Under the pieces are notes generated by a model. It was not told where the DNA came from. It ran no database searches and saw nothing but the letters and a program-made list of their open reading frames with translations. A program made the translations under genes and the position numbers. From Parcubacteria group bacterium (GTDB taxonomy: Bacteria; Patescibacteriota; Minisyncoccia; Moranbacterales; UBA11712), in assembly GCA_041659685.1 (NCBI GenBank), contig JBAZXV010000007.1, positions 6,348 through 70,347 on the forward strand: a DNA stretch of 64,000 nt, given 5' to 3'. Below are positions 60,766 to 64,000 of the stretch, in pieces (the stretch's first letter is position 1; every line of letters begins with the position of its first letter).

Positions 60766-62373
60766 ATGGCAGAAGAAAAAAAGGACGGAAAAGATTCATT
60801 GGAGGAAATAGATTGGGCAAGCCTGAAGGTTACGCCTGATATCATAAATCTAGTTCCCTATGAGGCGGCTAAGAAATATAAGTTTGTTCCTCTGGAAAAA
60901 GACGGAAAGGCTCTAAGGGTCGGCGTAGTGGATATAGATGACATTGAAGTTCAAAATGCTCTCCAGTTTTTAGCTGAAAAAAACAGGCTAAGCGTGGAAT
61001 TAATTAAGATTTCCGAGAAGGACTTTAAGACGGCGCTCGAAGCATATACCAGTCCAACCTTCACCATTTCTCAGGCGTTGGAGTCAATCAGCAAAGAAGA
61101 GAAAGCCCAAAAAATAGGGAAAGAAGAGGTTTTTGGGATATCGCAGGAAGAGATATTGAGGGATGCTCCGGTGGCGAAAATCGTCGAAGTGATATTGAGA
61201 AATGCAATCGAAGGACTAGCTTCCGATATACACATCGAACCGCTTGAAGATAATGTGAGAGTGCGGTATAGGCAGGATGGAATACTGCATAATTCCCTGG
61301 TTCTTCCCAAAAAAATAGGCCCGGCAATTGTTTCCCGAATAAAAATTCTTTCCAACCTGAAAATTGACGAAAAAAGAAAACCTCAGGATGGGCGATTCAG
61401 GGTCATCGAAAAGGGAAAACAAATTGATCTCAGGGTTTCATCCCTTCCCGTATCGATGGGCGAGAAAGTGGTAATGCGCGTTCTCGACAAAGAAAAAGGG
61501 CTTATCGACCTTGAAGATCTCGGGGTGCGGGGTAGAAACTATGAAATCATAAAGGGCAGTATTTTTGAGCCTTACGGAATGATCCTCATTACGGGCCCGA
61601 CCGGTTCCGGAAAATCAACGACTCTCTATTCTATCCTCAAGATACTGAACAGGGAGGGCGTGAATATCGTTACGCTTGAAGACCCGGTGGAGTACGCGAT
61701 TGAAGGAGTTAATCAAAGCCAGGTCAAGCCGGAAATCGGATATACTTTTGCCGCCGGACTGAGATCAATTCTCCGCCAGGACCCGGATATCATAATGGTC
61801 GGGGAAATCCGGGATAAGGAAACGGCGGAGCTTGCAGTACATGCGGCGCTTACGGGGCACGTTGTTCTTTCCACTCTTCACACGAATGATTCCATAGGCG
61901 CTATTCCGCGGCTGATCGACATGGGTGTTGAGGCATTTCTGATTTCTTCTGCTCTGCGAACGATTGTCGCCCAGAGGCTGGTAAGGAGAATTTGTCCTTT
62001 TTGCAAAGAAGAGATGAAAGTCAGCGAAGCGATGAAAGTCACAATGGAAAATGCTTTGGCGCAAATTCCTGAAGAAGATAAAAAGGATCTCGATTTGTCC
62101 GGAGGGGTGAAAGCATATAAAGGCAAGGGGTGCCCCAAGTGTGGAGGATCCGGAACAAAAGGAAGACTCGGGATATTTGAAGTGTTTTATGTTGACAGCG
62201 AGGTGGCGAATCTGATGGGGGAAAGGGTTGAAGAGGATGATCTGCGGGAAATAGCAAAAAAACAAAAAATGATCTCAATGAAACAAGACGGAGTTTTAAA
62301 GGCAATCAGAGGGGAGACAACCATGGAAGAGGTGGAAAGAGTGACTGAAGAAGGATTTCTCGAAGTTGATTAA
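60766..62373 (+). CDS. pilB: Type IV pilus assembly ATPase PilB/GspE (locus 2)
   Basis: ASDIHIEP, GPTGSGKST, RQDPDIIMVGEIRD. Confidence 0.93.
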   Translation: MAEEKKDGKDSLEEIDWASLKVTPDIINLVPYEAAKKYKFVPLEKDGKALRVGVVDIDDIEVQNALQFLAEKNRLSVELIKISEKDFKTALEAYTSPTFTISQALESISKEEKAQKIGKEEVFGISQEEILRDAPVAKIVEVILRNAIEGLASDIHIEPLEDNVRVRYRQDGILHNSLVLPKKIGPAIVSRIKILSNLKIDEKRKPQDGRFRVIEKGKQIDLRVSSLPVSMGEKVVMRVLDKEKGLIDLEDLGVRGRNYEIIKGSIFEPYGMILITGPTGSGKSTTLYSILKILNREGVNIVTLEDPVEYAIEGVNQSQVKPEIGYTFAAGLRSILRQDPDIIMVGEIRDKETAELAVHAALTGHVVLSTLHTNDSIGAIPRLIDMGVEAFLISSALRTIVAQRLVRRICPFCKEEMKVSEAMKVTMENALAQIPEEDKKDLDLSGGVKAYKGKGCPKCGGSGTKGRLGIFEVFYVDSEVANLMGERVEEDDLREIAKKQKMISMKQDGVLKAIRGETTMEEVERVTEEGFLEVD

Positions 62374-62396
62374 TTTATATTTAATATTCAACCATC

Positions 62397-62771
62397 ATGA
62401 ATAAAAAAAGAATATTGATAGTTGAAGACGACAATTTTGTGGCGGAAGTATATTCCACCAAACTTTTGGAAATGGGCCATGATGTGACCATTGCCCAGAA
62501 TGGGGAAGAGGGCCTGAGCGCAATTGGAAATAGCGTTCCTGACTTGATTCTTCTCGACATCATAATGCCGGTTATGGGAGGAATAGAAATGCTTGAAGAG
62601 CTGAAAAAAAACGAAGAATGGAAAAAAATTCCGGTGATCCTGCTCACAAATGTCGGAGAGAAAGAAAGCATTCAAAAAGTGCAAAGTCTTGGCGTGCAGG
62701 ACTATCTAATAAAATCCCACTTCACTCCTGCGGAAGTAATTGAGAAAATAGAAGCACTTCTGGGAAAATAA
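62397..62771 (+). CDS. Single-domain response regulator receiver
   Basis: ILIVEDD, LLDIIMP, LLTNV, LIK. Confidence 0.92.
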   Translation: MNKKRILIVEDDNFVAEVYSTKLLEMGHDVTIAQNGEEGLSAIGNSVPDLILLDIIMPVMGGIEMLEELKKNEEWKKIPVILLTNVGEKESIQKVQSLGVQDYLIKSHFTPAEVIEKIEALLGK

Positions 62772-62798
62772 TGCATTCAGATAAAATAAATTCGATTT

Positions 62799-63875
62799 AT
62801 GGAAAATAAAACCCAAACAGAAGCAAAATTCAACAGCTATCTGGAGATGGTCGCTCAGCAGGGAGCTTCGGACTTGCACTTGAGCGTAGGCCGTCCTCCC
62901 GTCGTGCGAATAGATGGAAAGCTTTATCCTGTCTCGGGAGAAGGGAAGCTCTCCGAACAAGTAATGATTAATATTGCGGATACGATTTTAAACGAGGAGC
63001 AAAGAGATAAATTAAAAAAAGAAAGGCAGGTTGACTTTTCGGTCAGTCTTGGGGACAAGGCTCGTTTTCGCGCCAATTTATATTATCAAAAAGGCTTTAT
63101 AAGCGCTGCTTTTCGCATGATTCCGACAAAAATAAGGACTCTTGAAGAGCTGGGCATGCCTCCTTTGCTTTACGAACTTACAAAAAAATCCCAGGGATTT
63201 GTCCTTATCACCGGACCGTGCGGGCATGGAAAATCAACGACATTGGCAGCCCTTGTCGACAATATCAATCACAGCCGTCAAGACCACATCATAACAATTG
63301 AAGACCCGATAGAATATCTTTTCGAGCCCGATATGTGCATAATCGATCAAAGGGAAGTGTTTCAGGATGCGGCTAGTTTTCATACGGCGCTCAGAGCGGT
63401 ATTTCGGGAAGACGCCGACGTGGTAATGGTCGGGGAAATGCGTGACATGGAAACCATCAGTACGGCAATTACGGCGGCTGAAACAGGTCATCTTATTTTT
63501 GCAACGCTTCACACAAACGATGCCGCTCAAACAATAGACAGAATCGTCGATGTATTTCCGGCTCATCAGCAAAATCAAATAAGGCTCCAACTTGCGCAGA
63601 CTCTTTTGGGAATAGTTTCGCAAAGATTGGTGAACAGGGTTGACGGAGGAAGGATTCCGGCGGTGGAAATATTATATAATACGAATGCGGTGGCTAATCT
63701 GATCAGAGAGGGTAAAACTCATCAAATTAATCTGGTAATCCAAACTTCCAGGGAAAAGGGGATGGTTCCTCTCAATCACTCTTTGGCTGATCTCGTAAAA
63801 ATGGGTGTAATTTCACTGGAGGAAGCGGAGACTTATTCCACAAACAAGGAAGAACTAAAAATTCTCTTAAGATAG
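62799..63875 (+). CDS. pilT: Type IV pilus retraction ATPase PilT
   Basis: ASDLHL, GPCGHGKSTT, AAETGHL, ANLIREGKTHQI. Confidence 0.95.
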   Translation: MENKTQTEAKFNSYLEMVAQQGASDLHLSVGRPPVVRIDGKLYPVSGEGKLSEQVMINIADTILNEEQRDKLKKERQVDFSVSLGDKARFRANLYYQKGFISAAFRMIPTKIRTLEELGMPPLLYELTKKSQGFVLITGPCGHGKSTTLAALVDNINHSRQDHIITIEDPIEYLFEPDMCIIDQREVFQDAASFHTALRAVFREDADVVMVGEMRDMETISTAITAAETGHLIFATLHTNDAAQTIDRIVDVFPAHQQNQIRLQLAQTLLGIVSQRLVNRVDGGRIPAVEILYNTNAVANLIREGKTHQINLVIQTSREKGMVPLNHSLADLVKMGVISLEEAETYSTNKEELKILLR

Positions 63876-63881
63876 GTTTTT

Positions 63882-64000
63882 ATGAAATACAAATACAAAG
63901 CCAGGAATCAGGCCGGCGGAATCCAGGAAGGAATCGTGGAGGCTACTACCATGAGCAACGCGACAGCCGTCCTTCAGCAGCATAATTTGGTGGTGGTCCT
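63882..64000 (+). CDS. pilC: 5' end of PilC/GspF (locus 2, partial)
   Basis: MKYKYKARNQAGGIQEGIVEA... is a typical PilC N-terminus; follows pilT. Confidence 0.75.
   Translation, partial: MKYKYKARNQAGGIQEGIVEATTMSNATAVLQQHNLVVV

Overview
A gene-dense bacterial chromosomal segment using standard code 11. Gene content and style suggest a Patescibacteria/CPR (Parcubacteria-like) genome; this is an inference from weak Shine-Dalgarno usage, two type IV pilus loci, rnj, comF, CPR-type hypotheticals, and tRNA-Arg(GCG) plus Arg(TCG). It carries an amino-acid ABC transporter, fic, a GDP-mannose cluster, trpS, secG, rnj, uvrA, groEL with a CIRCE box, purH, two pil clusters, recG, mpg, tsaD, HU, hsp20, a VanW-family gene and nine tRNA genes. 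The main unexplained signal is that four tRNA loci carry displaced copies of their own ends with no integrase present. (i) 5' tRNA-Ser relic, then a LAGLIDADG endonuclease whose start codon lies inside the relic, then intact tRNA-Ser(GCT). (ii) 5' tRNA-Glu relic with a 30-nt double hairpin in its anticodon, then a GIY-YIG endonuclease, then intact tRNA-Glu(TTC). (iii) An intact tRNA-Leu(CAG) nested, between inverted repeats, inside the two halves of a different tRNA-Leu. (iv) tRNA-Arg(TCT) followed by a 95-nt cloverleaf-like insert and a copy of its 3' end. A second unexplained structure is an array of small orphan genes (38.5-40.8 kb) separated by a conserved repeat made of a hairpin, a 12-mer, a boxA-like motif and a stem-loop. 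All calls were made by eye from the sequence and the ORF track; no database search was run.
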